Source of the DNA: Squalus acanthias
Taxonomy: Eukaryota
Length of the DNA: 64,000 bases
Direction of reading: 5' to 3'
Assembly (NCBI GenBank): GCA_030390025.1
Contig: CM059440.1
Location: 3,782,001-3,846,000, forward strand
Made by a program: the position numbers and the translations under genes. Shown here piece by piece: positions 51,675 to 63,972 of the stretch. The notes under the pieces were generated by a model, which saw only the letters and a list, made by a program, of their open reading frames with translations, made no database searches and was not told where the DNA came from. Every line of letters starts with the position of its first letter. The stretch's first letter is position 1.

Positions 51675-53203
51675 ATTGCAGACGGACTCCATGGTGACTG
51701 GAAGACCATTCCACATTCAATGACATTGCATATCCGATCACTGATACTGACTTGGACACCCCCAACTTCAAAGGGCAAAATGTACTTTTAACCTTTGCTA
51801 TAATGAAGAGCACAATGTTAGGCATCTTTAAATGGAAGATTCTGTGGTATAAAATGAGATTGCGCATTCCTTTTGGGACCATTATTTTGTTTTTGTCTTG
51901 AGAAAACACTATCATCCCACAAAATGTAACTATAAAAGAAAACTTGGTAATCATGAATAAACCGCTAATTTTCTCAGTAGTTTAAAAATTTTAGAACCAT
52001 GAAGGTTTGCTGTCAGTTAAGGGTTGAAAGCTCTGTTTCAACACGCATCTCAATTTTAAGTTGTGTTTTTAGCTAAGGAATTTGCTGGTATGAAATTTTC
52101 CGCAAAACAAGGGAGTCCTAGACCAGCATCGTCCTGGTTTGTCAATGACTGTAAATTAGTCCCAGAGCTATCTTCTTTTTGGTCTTGTCCTGTGTCACGG
52201 ACCTTTTGTTGCACAAATATTGCATATGAAATGTGTTGGAACTAAACTAACCAAGCACACACAGTCCTGGTAATGAACGCTTGTTTTTAAAATAATGTAA
52301 CTTTTTTCCCCCCTTCACCTTTGTGGGTAACGTAGAAAAATTAAAACTCCCCAATGAATTTTAAGCTGACGGGTTTCTTAGTAAAGTTGCTCAGGGCTCA
52401 CTGTGCCCATACTTACTGGAGATTCCTGCTTTTAGCAGCCGCAGATGTCCTGTGCTTGGATTTGGTCAATGTGTGTATCAAATGATGTAAGTCAATGTTG
52501 AAAATAATGATCTTGAGGTTTCTAAGTTAATTTTTTTTGGGAGTTTTTTTTTGTTTTTCCTTTTGCCATGGGAGGGTTTACTCTTATAGAAGCATGCTGT
52601 AGAATTGCAAAAAGTGCTTATGGAATTAAGTCAATAGATGTTCTTTTAAGAAACACCTGTTAAATTGTAACCATTGCAGCTGTAATCATGGCTACTCTGT
52701 GCATAATCGATGAAGAATAAAAAGCTATGCACTTTCTGGAGTAGCGCTATCACAACAAACTTGGCCTGTTCAAACAATCTTCACCTTGAATGATTCTTAA
52801 AGAAACAAACCATCCTGTTTATACATGAAAAATTGAAATTCTTTATGTAGAAAGCTTAATGTTAGAATCATTTTCTAAGGAACAGGTTTCTAGCTTTCTG
52901 AATTTGCTGAGTTGAACAGCAGAGTTTCTGCACCCATACTTTACTGTAAACAGAAGTGCTCTTTACTAGCATTAGTGGCTTTCTCATTCTATTCCTGCAA
53001 ACCTGTACAGATGTGCTGTAATTGTGTGTAGGCCTGGACTGGCAATCCTTTCCATTAATTCTGTAGGTCTTTCCTCACTCCTTTCCTTTTGCCTTTTGTA
53101 TTTAATTTTGAAGTCGGTGTACTACAAGAAAGCTGGATGCAAGATAGATACTATATTAAAATGTACTGTTATTTAAGATGTAATAAAGCAGTTTGACATG
53201 AGG
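51675..53203 (+). other. GNB1: GNB1 terminal non-coding exon (3'UTR)
   Basis: Strong acceptor tttttctttattctttccag ending 51674. Blocks such as CCATGGTGACTGGAAGACCATTCC and the terminal GCTGGATGCAAGATAGATACTATATTAAA...GTAATAAAGCAGTTTGACATGAGG match the mammalian GNB1 3'UTR as I recall it. No recognisable transposons inside. Confidence 0.85.
53182..53187 (+). terminator. Distal polyadenylation signal AATAAA of GNB1
   Basis: AATAAA inside the conserved terminal block, with ATTAAA at 53155-53160 upstream and G/T-rich sequence downstream. Confidence 0.8.
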
Positions 53204-54817
53204 TATGCCTTGGCTGGTTACTTTGTGATATATTTCCGTAGACCTCTTTGCTACTGCAAGTCTATCATGGATTAGAAATTCCAAAAGCTACTGAGACTAA
53301 ATCAGAAGAAATTTTGTAATATTCAATTCCCATTCCTGACCTAATTCCAGCTATTAGATGAAGCTTCGGCTACACTGCATGGGAGGGCACCCGACTAGAG
53401 TAGGGTAATTGACTGCTGTGTGGCAGCACAGCCAAACACACTAGATATTGACTTAGCAAGCACAGCATACACCATAACACTACCACTCCCCAGAACTTGT
53501 CTCCAGTGTTGCCTTCAAACCCCGTTGCAAGGCTTACTCGCTATTGCACAGTATCATGTACACTGTACCTTGTATGTTGCATGCTATGAATGTAATGTAT
53601 GATTTCTAGCCAAAGAAAAATTGGACTAATAAAAAAAAATCAAATACTAACCTTAAGCTGCCAGTGTCGGAAATTCTACCGTCATTTTTCTCTAATGCAA
53701 TTGATTGTAATTGTTTCATATGTTGTAATTTAATTTTCTCCCTTCCATTCCTGGAAGCAGTGACTCCTGCTGAAGTATGGTTTCATAGTCCATGGTAGCC
53801 TTGTGGGCATAAACAGTGTTGCCAGTTGATTTAACCAAATAATCGTCGGGCTCGATCTTGTCCTCACCTGATGTCAGACGTAGTTTCCAGCAGGAGTCTG
53901 CTTAATGATCAAGAGTAGGTTCCCTGGCTAGAATCATCTCTGCACAGACTGGAGGTCAGACCTGAAACTTTTCTGATCTGTATTGCACAGTGCCTTCCCA
54001 TACAATGCATTTCCCCATGGAGCTTGAGAAATGGATTGAATTGAGTGTAAAACTAAATTTGTGCAGATTATGTAATGTTTTTAATTGGCCTATTTCATTG
54101 CAGTTATTCTGAGCTGTAATATTTTCACCGTCCAGTGAGTCATTTGTCCAAGTGGAAAAGTACAGGTTGATTTTCATACTTTTTTTAAATAGAAAATTTA
54201 TAACCATGAGCTGCCACCCAGAATTTAAAAGGTCTAGTTCAACAGAAATATCGCTAACCCATCACCGTGCCGCTCTTGTGCAGAAATCTTGATGGGTAAA
54301 ATGCTTGTTTAAATCGCTGAAATATCAAATGAAATCATGTGCCTTAAATAAAAGCACTGTTGTAACTATAGTGTGCTACCATTATTGTAGGGATGCAACA
54401 TGGCAGCAGCCTTCTAGTGAAGTGTTACGAGTTTACTGGTTGCATTTAATACTTGCACCAATTTTGTTTTGGTGTGACGGTTTCATTAAACAAGCAATGA
54501 TTTATGCTGCCCGCTTAATATGCTTAACATTTCTGGGCATTTTTCAGCTTTATAACTAAATAGGCAGGTGTTGCATTTTATAGATTAAAAATTGCAGAAA
54601 AGCTGTTACAAGTAACTACACAACCTTGCACATTGCTTCATTGGTCTCTTGCTAGTTATATAGGAAAAAATATTGAACTAATTAAAATGAACAAATTGAA
54701 AATGCATGTAAATCTAGGGTGAGCTGTTTAAATATTTTATTGTGTACGTTAAAAAAATAACTGCCATTACCTTGGGGCTTAAAACTGGATTTGTGCTGTG
54801 AAGTTTTGAATTGGGTC

Positions 54818-55170
54818 CATAAGATACTGAGGGGCTCGACAAGGTAGATGCAGAGAGGATGTTTCCCCTCATGGGGAAATCTAGAACTCGGGGGCATAGT
54901 TTCAGAATAAAGGGTCGCCCTTTTGGAACTGAGATGAGGAATTTCTTCTGAGGGTTGTAAATCTGTGGAATTCTCTACTCCAGAGAGCTGTGGAGGCTGG
55001 GTCATTAAATACATTTCAGGTGGAGATACAGATTTTTGCAAGATAAGGGAGTGAAGGGTTATGGGGAGCGGGCAGGGAAGTGGCTTTGAGCCCAAGATCA
55101 GCCATGATATTGAATGGCGGAGCAGGCTCGAGGGGCCAAGTGGCCTATTCCTGCTCCTATTTCTTATGTC
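54818..55170 (+). mobile_element. CR1 LINE 3' fragment
   Basis: ataagatactgaggggctcgacaaggtagatgcagagaggatgtttccc plus tail ggcctattcctgctcctatttcttatg. Confidence 0.92.
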
Positions 55171-55476
55171 CAGCTAGTGAGGACACCTGGAAATAAAGAA
55201 GCCACTTAACCTAACGAGTCCATTCCTTGCACAAGCCATTTACAATTTCCATTGTCACAAACTTTTAACATCCTTGTTTGAGGCAAATAACCAACCACAA
55301 ATACAATTTACAAGAATTGAGAGTTCATTGATGTTTCTCACCAACATCCTCATTCCTTGTCGAGTTGTTGATGTTTAACCTATTTCTGAAAAGTCAACTG
55401 TTACAACTTGCTCAAGCTCACTTTTTGAGGAGCCAGTTTTAAAATATAAAATGTGATTGAGCCTCAAGGTTAAACC

Positions 55477-55732
55477 ATAGAATTACATGGAATTTGCAGC
55501 ACAAACCAGCCATTTGGCCCAGCTCGTCTTTGGCCGTGTTTATGCTCCTACTCTACTTAATTTAACACCATCAGCATTTCCTTACATTCCTTTCTCCCTC
55601 GTCTCAACTACTCCCTGTGGTAGCAAGTTCCACATTCTCACCATGCTCTGGGTAAAGAAGTTTCTCCTGAATTCCTTATTGGATTTATTAGTGACTCCTA
55701 CTTTTGGACTTGCCCCACAAGTGGAAACATCT
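55477..55732 (-). mobile_element. CR1 LINE 3' fragment, degraded
   Basis: gttccacattctcaccatgctctgggtaaagaagtttctcctgaattcc is the reverse of the FFTQ.MVRMWN region. Confidence 0.85.
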
Positions 55733-55799
55733 GCCACAGAGCCTTGGTAGTTCTCAGTCTTGCAATTTCAAGACAGAAAGAGGGCACGTGGTGCTTGTG

Positions 55800-55950
55800 C
55801 AATGTTCCTGTTAACGGAGCCGCGCAGCGGTCTCGAGGTCCCACGCAGGCTGCTCACCAGATGTTATATGGGAAAAAACGCACGTGTGAAAATTTGAATG
55901 AGCCACGCAGCCAGTTAAAGGGCCCACCCACCGAAAGAAAGGGAATGTTG
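55800..55950. mobile_element. hAT-type MITE (151 bp), same family as 5461-5615, opposite orientation
   Basis: Ends CAATGTTCC / GGGAATGTTG; 8-bp TSD tgcttgtg / tgcttgtc (7/8); the interior aligns with the reverse complement of 5461-5615. Confidence 0.7.
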
Positions 55951-56199
55951 TGCTTGTCTGAAAGGCAATTCCAATCAGTTACCTTGATGTTTTTAGATAC
56001 GAGGCACTTTGGATTTCATCAGTACAGAAATCCTCATCTTCCCCAGGTGTAGGAAGGGCGTAATCACGAGTTGCATCAGGAAAGCTATATTTTGTGTTGG
56101 GTGCATAGCACTGGTTAGATAGCAAAGCTCCTGCAGCAGTTGGTCTTGGCTGTTCTAGACAATGGTTGTACAAGGTATGCCATTTTGATTTGTTTAAAA

Positions 56200-58200
56200 T
56201 CTTCGGTTTTCCACACAATTATCAAGGAAGGTTTGCTGAAGCTATTTTAAGCATCAGGCTCATTGAAGACTAAGTTGAGGTGAGTTTTAAACTGGAAATG
56301 TGGGGCATTGCAGGAATTTCCAATGAAGTTGGTCAGGCAGAAGTGCATGCACCAGTCCTGCAGTTAAAAAGGTATTGGTCCTTTCAATCCAAGGGACTGC
56401 TCAACTCCAAGCACTGTATTATCAGGGCTTCCAGAAGGAGCCCTTTTCCCCAGCTTGTGCATCCACTACTGAGACTCCATCCTACAGCGTACTCCTTTAT
56501 GGGGGATGGTAAATCACATGCTGTCTCAAACAATAGGTGAAATTCAAAGGCATTGTATCAGACTGCTGCCTACATTTTGTTCAATCCCTGTAAATGTTCA
56601 GGAGAGTCATTTTCTCAGACTGCTCGAAGTACAGGCAAAATCCTATTGGACAAGGTGCTCTCAGAAATGCAGCTCAGTAGGGCTATAGAACAATTTCCTA
56701 CTGATTAGGCAACTAGGTTTCACTCTTACTTTTGTCGTCCCCAATAGTATGTGAAATTTTCAGCCAATTCTAGATCGCTCTTTTGAAGGACAAATTGAAA
56801 ATAGTCCTGCAGATCAATCCAGGAGACCCGCCTAGCTGCGTTGGGTGTGAAGTATACAAACATCCAGAGTGGGATCAGAGAAGCCCACGAGAGATATTTG
56901 GTGTTGGAATGTATTACCAAGACAAAGACACTCAGTCTCGCATCATCCACAGTGGTTACCAAATACTTGTTGGTTACCTACTGCCACGGGAGGGATTGCT
57001 TCATTACTTTAATGCTTGATCAGGTTACAGAAGTGGCACCACTATAATCTCTGGAATTTGGAGGTATTCACCAGATAGCCCAGCTGTGCCAGACAATCTA
57101 TTTGTAAGAGTCTACTTCCTGATGGGACAGTGAATACTATTTGTCCCTTCAGATAGATTCATTGTGAACGCTAGCTGAATGCCATAATCCACGTCAGATC
57201 TGAGCTGCAGGTAAACCTTTACTTATGTATTCTGGGTAATGGCAGCCCACTAAACTGCTTATGCAGTCGCTTACAACTACCTTCTTGTTAAGCCCTCCAT
57301 TGCACATTTTACTGCCTGAATAAGTTACTATAGATCAGGGACATTTGCTGTACCGTAGTCAAACCACATACCTGGAGCTATGCCTGTGGCTCCAAGCATC
57401 TCTCGATGACACAGATAGATACATCTTCCAGGATGGGGGCCCACCTGCAGGAACTGTGTGTACAAGTTCTGTTGAGTCTGCTATGTGATACTTTGCATAT
57501 AAAGAGGCTTTAGTTCAAATTTGCATGATTTGTGCTAGATCAATTCAAAGAAAAGGTTCTAAATAGGCCTTTGAAGGTGTGGCCTGATAGCATAACTGGT
57601 CTGCTGTGTCAATTGGCAAGATGAAACACAATCCCCAGCTCTTGGCCTTAATCCAATACAGATATATTAATGTATGTCAGATGTGATCAGCATAAAATTC
57701 AGCAGGCATACAGAACAAAATGGTGGATCCTGTGACCAGAGACAAAATCCATGTCTGTAAGTACCCTGTTCAGAGGTTGTCAAGAAATGGAACAAAATAT
57801 TTCCACAGTTTTACAGTTCTTGGCAGGGCAGTGACAATGGACTGGTTACCAAGTTCTTTGGAGGAGAAAGTTCCTGAAAGAATATTTTCTCCTTTTTTAA
57901 TATCCCAGATGATCCAATGGATTTGGGAGGAGATAACGGTCCCCCCATCCTTGTGATTTCTGTATTTGCTACAGAAGAGTTGTCCCTTGGAGCTTCTGAG
58001 TCAGTTTAGTGCAACCCATCAGGATCCCTCATACAGCAAGAAGTGTAAACACCTCAAGGGTTTGGAGAACAAACAACACTTCCAGCCAGTCGTTCATTGG
58101 TGGGGGGAAGTGAGATCGATTGGGACAGGATTACTTCTGGAGATTGTCACCATTCAAGACTTGAAAACAAGATGCTAACAAAGGCCTACCTCAAGATATT
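56200..58200 (+). mobile_element. Very degraded L1/Tx1-clade LINE ORF2 (tentative)
   Basis: Ordered motif remnants: LEMWGIAG; a SG..QG.P..P-like stretch at about 56420-56450; FMGD at the YxDD position; YLLPREGLL (LP..EGGL-like); and TRDKIH followed by a frameshifted C..C..H-like zinc-knuckle remnant near 57735-57830. Confidence 0.45.
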
Positions 58201-58276
58201 GTCAGCTTTATTACAGGGCTCTGCTTTACTAGCGCAATAAACATTCGCCTCTTATAATAGACATGCCAATTAATTA

Positions 58277-58841
58277 AAGACTTGCATTTATATAGTGCCT
58301 TTCACGACCACCGGATGTCCCAAAGCACTTTACAGCCAATGAAGTACTTTTTGAAGTGTAGTCACTGTTGTAATGTAGGAAACGCGGCAGCCAATTTGTG
58401 CACAGCAAGCTCCCACAAACAACAATGTGATAATGACCAGATAATAAAAACAGAAAATGCTGGAAATACTCAGCAGGTCAGGCAGCATCTGTGGAGAGAG
58501 AAACAGAGTTAACGTTTCAGGTCGTCGTCAGACAAATGACCAGATAATCTGTTTTAGTGATGTTGATTGAGGGATAAATATTGGTCAGGACACCGGGGAG
58601 AACTCCCCTGCTTTTCTTTGAAATAGTACCATGGGATCTTTTACGTCCACCTGAGAGAGCAGACGGGGCCTTGGTTTAATGTTTCATCCAAAAGGCAGCA
58701 CCCCAGACAGTGCAGAACTCCCTCAGCACTGCACTGGAGTATCAGCCTAGATTTATGTGCTCAAGTCTCCGGAGTGGGACTATGAACCCACAACCTTCTG
58801 ACTCAGAGGTGAGAGTGCTACCCACTGAGCTACTGGCTGAC
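58277..58841 (-). mobile_element. Full-length Deu-domain SINE interrupted by an 89-bp insertion
   Basis: Collinear with 61341-61810 except for the insert at 58446-58534. Confidence 0.92.
58446..58534 (-). mobile_element. Penelope-associated short insertion with a 14-bp target-site duplication
   Basis: AATGACCAGATAAT occurs at 58432-58445 and 58535-58548. The insert is one arm of the element at 25366-25537. Confidence 0.8.
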
Positions 58842-59174
58842 ATCTCAGAGAGAAATAAACCAGTTTCCTGAATGTTACTAGATTACAACCTCAAAGGGTA
58901 CAGTAGATTTTATCACCGGAAGAAAATTGTGGCATGTAAAGCAGAGGTCTGAGTCATCTGGATAACTCCTGGTTTTCATTCCGATGAAAAATCTGATCTG
59001 GGTGTACGGCTCCACAGTAGCTAAACAGTGGGTGTGAAGGGAATGTTTCTTTACTCAACTCGCTCTGGAAATCAACACTGTGAGCACAGAGCCACTGGTC
59101 CAACAACTTTGAATGAAAATCATGTGGCAAGCACCCACAGCATAAGGTAACACTCACCTGCACCCGTGGAGATG

Positions 59175-59310
59175 ATGATGGAAGATGCCTGTTCGTGAAT
59201 TCTTTTAACGTGGGATGGCCGTTGCACACCAGCTACCACACGGGCTTGACAGAGCAAGGTCTTGGTCCAATGGCAAGGGGATCCAAGATGATTGGAGACC
59301 AGGCTTTGCT
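59175..59310 (-). mobile_element. RTE-type LINE/SINE 5' region fragment (tentative)
   Basis: Minus strand cctggtctccaatcatcttgg...ctctgtcaagcccgtgtggtagctggtgtgcaacggccatcccacgttaaaagaa resembles RTE 5' regions as I recall them. Confidence 0.45.
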
Positions 59311-59608
59311 ATACACACACAAACATACTCCTACTGTCCTCCTCCCTCCTTCCCGCAGGTCCTCTCTGTCTGGGTTTCGTAGGATGCATTGTGGTCCTCC
59401 CGACCTCGCTGTTGGCCCGAGCCGCACCTTCCCTGGGCCCCGACCCGACCCCGCTGCACCACTCCTGGGCCTTGACCTCGCTGCTGGGCTCGTCCTCGCT
59501 CCTGGCCTCAGACATGAATGATGTTGTCTCTGACAGGATCAAATTAGCACTGATATTCTGGTGAAGGTTAGCCGGGGGGAGGTTAGTGGAGCCCCATCAG
59601 TTTTTTGT

Positions 59609-59907
59609 ATTTAGGGGCCATCAAAATGAGAGAGTCACTAATAAATCCAATAAGGAATTCAGGAGTAACTTCTTTACCCAGAGAGTGGTGAGAATGTGGA
59701 ACTCGCTGCCACAGGGAGTGGTTGAGGCAAATAGCACAGATGCATTTAAGGGGAAGCTCGATAAACACATGAGGGAGAATGGAATAGAAGGATCTGCTGA
59801 TAGGGTGAGATGAAGAGGGGTGGGAGGAGGCTCGAGTGGAGCAGAAACACCGGCACGGACCAGTTGGGCCGAATGGCCTGTTTCTGTGCTGTAAATACTT
59901 TGTAATC
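59609..59907 (+). mobile_element. CR1 LINE 3' fragment
   Basis: RGHQ...EFRSNFFTQRVVRMWNSLPQGVVEANSTDAFKGKLDKHM plus tail gggccgaatggcctgtttctgtgctgtaaatactttgtaat. Confidence 0.93.
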
Positions 59908-60300
59908 TGGTGTGGTAGAGGAGAGAAATGTTTGCACAATTTATGCATGTTATACGTTGAGCCTCTCATTTTGTTACACACATATTGCAAATGTAATGGC
60001 AGTGGCCAATAATTGGCAGTGCTTGGTAACTGCTTGTGCAACCACTTGCAACTGAACCTCTAACACACTGTTCCCCAACATACACCCCACTGCCTGAATA
60101 CGTTACTGTAGATCAGGGGTGTTTGCCATGCAATGATGGTCACAAAGCTCAAGCATGTTGGTAGAACTGTGGCTCTAAGCACCTCCCTAGTCCTTTCCAT
60201 TCTTGACAGATTTATCTCACAGGATGGGGACCCACCTGCAGGAAGCCTGAGCATGAGGTGAATGGAGTCCCCCACATGATACTTGACACTAACCAGTTTT

Positions 60301-60510
60301 AAGAACATAAGAAATAAGAGCAGGAGTAGGCCATCCGGCCTCTCGAGCCTGCTCCGCCATTCAATAAGATCATGGCTGATCATCGACCTCAACTCCACTT
60401 TCCTGCCCGATCTCCATATCCCTTGATTCCCCTAGAGTCCAAAAATCTATCGATCTCAGCCTTGAATATACTCAAAGACTCAACATTCACAACCCTCTGG
60501 GGCAGAGAAA
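60301..60510 (-). mobile_element. CR1 LINE 3' tail
   Basis: aagaacataagaaataagagcaggagtaggccatcc...cacaaccctctggggcagagaa. Confidence 0.9.
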
Positions 60511-61340
60511 TACCAGTGTTGATTAGAGTTGAATCAATTCAGAGAACTTTCACTTTGGGGCAAAAAGGTCTTGGGATTGAATCCGGGATTGAATCCCAAG
60601 AGTTTAGCTCAACCTTTCAATCTTCTAATGACCGCTATGTCTTGAGCTGTGCCTGCCACACTGTTGTGATAGCTCTTGGCAGTTCTGTCTACTTTTTCAA
60701 GGAATCATTAAAGATCCCAATGCACTATTCAAATTCCTCCCTCAAATATACTAGCAAAAAAAAAACACTTTAACTCATCATTTGTCTGATTGAAATTTGT
60801 GGAAGGTTGTTGGTGCAAAATAGCTGCCCACATAACAATGGACCCTGCACTCCAATACAGTATTTCATTGTGTGGATTGCTATGAACTGTTTCAATTATA
60901 TGATAAGATACAACAAAACCCCTAATTGGTGAACAGAACAGATACAACAATATCACTGTTTGTTGGTGTAAGTGGTATATGAGATTGATGACTGTTTCGA
61001 AGTTTCGATTTTCCATAGTGGGTGTTAAACTGTTGAAGAGTGGTTTATGACAATTGTACTCTGTCGATCTTGCATCATTTATTTGGGATCTTGTACCTGT
61101 GATAACTAACTCTCTTGTAACCGTCCTAAATATATTAAATGCTACAATCAGTATCGGCAGATTTTTTCAGTCCTGAGTTTTGTGGTGCAGTGCTTCTTCC
61201 TCAGAGGAAATTCGCAGGCAGCCGACAAGATATCCACACTGTTACACCGGAAGCTTTGGCCTGGATATCTGACTTGGATAGTGACATTGATTTGCTTTGC
61301 TACTACCATACGAAAGAAGAAGTACTATTATGTCACTTTA

Positions 61341-61810
61341 AGAGAGAGAACTTGCATTTCTATAGCACCTTTTACGACCTCAGGACGTCCCAAAGCACTT
61401 TACAGCCAATGAAGTACTTTTTCGAAGTGTAGTCACTGTTGTAATGTAGGAAACACAGGCAGCCAATTTGTGCACAGCAAGCTCCCACAAACAGCAATGT
61501 GATAATGACCAGATAATCTGTTTTTAGTGATGTTGGTTAAGGGATAAATATTGGCCAGGACACCGGGGAGAACTCCCCTGCTCTTCTTCGAAATAGTGCC
61601 ATAGGATCCTTTACATCCACCTGAGAGAGCAGACGGGGCCTCGGTTTAACATCTCATCCGAAAGACAGGCACATCCGACAGTGCGGCGCTCCCTCAGCAC
61701 TGCACTGGAGTGTCAGCCTAGCTTTATGTGCTCAAGTCTCTGGAGTGGGACTTGAACCCACAACCTTCTGACTCAGGGGCGAGGGTGCTGCCCACTGAGC
61801 CACAGCTGAC
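61341..61810 (-). mobile_element. Full-length Deu-domain tRNA SINE (SacSINE1-like)
   Basis: Minus strand has A box TGGCTCAGTGG, B box GGTTCAAGTCC, Deu core (tctttcggatgagatgttaaaccgaggccccgtctgctctctcaggtggatgtaaag...ggcactatttcgaagaagagcagggg) and an L2-like tail. Confidence 0.93.
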
Positions 61811-62549
61811 TTTGAATCACTAATCTGGGCACAAATGTGAAATGTTTGTGTTTATCGGTAACCTTTACAAAGTATTTATCGTTTTTCTTTTAATAAGAAC
61901 CCATTGCATTAAGAAAATGTACCATTTTAGGTAAATTACTACCTACAGAATAACATGTCACTTCACAAAGCAATTTCACCTCTTCTAAATATGAAAATAT
62001 TAGCAATGTACATGAATATAGAGAGTAAGTAATTATGAATTATACAGCCTGTTGGCAGGACTGCCTCATACCATCAATGCTGATTTAAACTGGGATTGCA
62101 CATGTTTTAGATGAAACACAGTTTTCTCCATTTGAGGTGAACGAGGCTGTCATCCCCAGTAATAGTTTCACTGATGTAGTTCCAAGCTGCACGCAGAACT
62201 GTGCTGTGAATTTTGCAGCAATATTGTCACATATCACACATTGAGATGAGCTTCCATCAGACTTACACACACACGATTCTACAGAAACACAGACCGGTCT
62301 GTATTTTATTCCTATTATTTAGGCAGAAAAAGGTTCCGTTTATAAGCTAATTGTTTTCTACAAGTTATGCACAGATGATACACAGTGGAAAATGAGGTTT
62401 TTTACGCCTGCATGTGGTGACCCCGCTATTCCCGGCCAGGGCGGAGATGATTGGGGAATTCCCCCGTCAATCATGCCTGGAGCCCGCACTGCTGTAAGCG
62501 ACTGGGATTGATTTGGGGTTTTTAATGAAGATGTTTCTTACAAACATCT

Positions 62550-62742
62550 GATGCAGGTTCTCCTGGTGTCCTGGCCAACATTTATCCTTCGACCAACTCC
62601 ACCAAACTGATCATTCATCTTAATGCTGTCTGCGAGAGCTGGCTGTGCGCAAATTGGCTGCCGCATTTGCCAACAGAACGGTAACGACATTTCAAAAGTA
62701 ATTCAATGGCTGTGAAGCACTCTGGGACATCCTTTGTGAAAG
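62550..62742 (+). mobile_element. Deu-domain SINE 3' half, followed by two minus-strand CR1 tails (about 62748-62881 and 62886-62945)
   Basis: ttctcctggtgtcctggccaacatttatcc...gctgtgcgcaaattggctgccgcattt...ttcaaaagtaattcaatggctgtgaagcac. Confidence 0.8.
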
Positions 62743-63379
62743 ATAGAATCATAAGAATTAGGAGCAGGAGTCGGCCATTCGGCCCTTCGAGCCTGCTCCG
62801 CCATCCAATAAGATCATGGCTGATCTTCAACTCCACATTCTCGCCCGATCCCCAAATCCCTTGATTCCCCAAGAGTCCAAGAATGATAGAATGATACAGC
62901 ACAGAAGGAGGCCATTCGGCCCATCGTGCCTGTGTCGACATCGATACCAAAAAAATTGCTCGTTGTTTCTCTTCCTATTATTTGAAACTAACATCCTGGG
63001 ATGAATTTTACGCAAGAACTGGGCGTCCTCAGTGACATTACTTACTCATTATATTTAGCAGGAACAATAATGTTCTGGGTTGCCCTACTCACCTAAATAT
63101 GTGAATAAAAATATTGAGTAATTGAATAAGAAGTAGCTGAGAATTCAATGGAGACCAAAGTGAGTAATGTAATATAATGATTCACCTCCACACGAGCTTT
63201 ATTTTGCCTTTGAGATATTAGGGAGCAAGGCACTGCTGGTAAAATGTATTAACATCAACCTGAGGTCAGGATTGCAGCATGTTGAGTAACTAGTTTATTT
63301 TAAATGTGAAAAATATGGCTAGTTTATCAGTAAAGGAATATTATCAGGGATGGCTACTAGCGTCTATATTTTGAGAAGT

Positions 63380-63972
63380 TCAACAACAACAACTTGTATT
63401 TATATAGCACCTTTAACGTACTTAAACGTCCCAAGGCTCTTCACAGGAGCGTTATAAAGCAAAATTTGACACCAAACCACATAAGGAGAAGAGCTTGGTC
63501 AAAGAGGTAGGTTTTAAGGAGCATCTTAAAGGAGGAGAGAGAGGAGCGAGGCGGAGAGGTTTAGGGAGGGAATTCCAGAGCTTAGGGCCTCGGCAACAGA
63601 AGGCACGGCCGCCAATGGCTGAGCGATTATAATCAGGGATCTTCAAGAGGGCAGAATTAGAGGAGTGCAGATATCTCAGGGGGTTGTGGGGCTGAAGGAG
63701 ATTACAGGGATAAGGAGGGGGCGAGGCCATGGAGGGATTTGAAAACAAGGATGAGAATTTTAAAATCGAGGCGTTGCTTAACCGGGAGCCAATGTAGGTC
63801 AGCGAGCACAGGGGTGATGGGCGAACGGGACTTGGTGCGAGTTAGGACACTGGCAGCCGGGTTTTGGATGACCTCAAGTTTACGTAGGGTGGAATGTGGG
63901 AGGCCAGCCAGGAGTGCGTTGGAATAGTCAAGTCTGGAGGTAACAAAGGCATGGATGAGGGTTTCAGCAGCA
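63380..63972 (-). mobile_element. L2 LINE 3' end
   Basis: ORF 63452..63748 (-) contains GGRAFCCRGPKLWNSLPKPLR; tail caacaacaacttgtatttatatagcacctttaacgta. Confidence 0.92.

Noticed and set aside
59195-59564. GC-rich cluster of overlapping ORFs or possible promoter
   Set aside because: Short, adjacent to retroelement-derived sequence, and with no recognisable protein; most likely repeat-derived.
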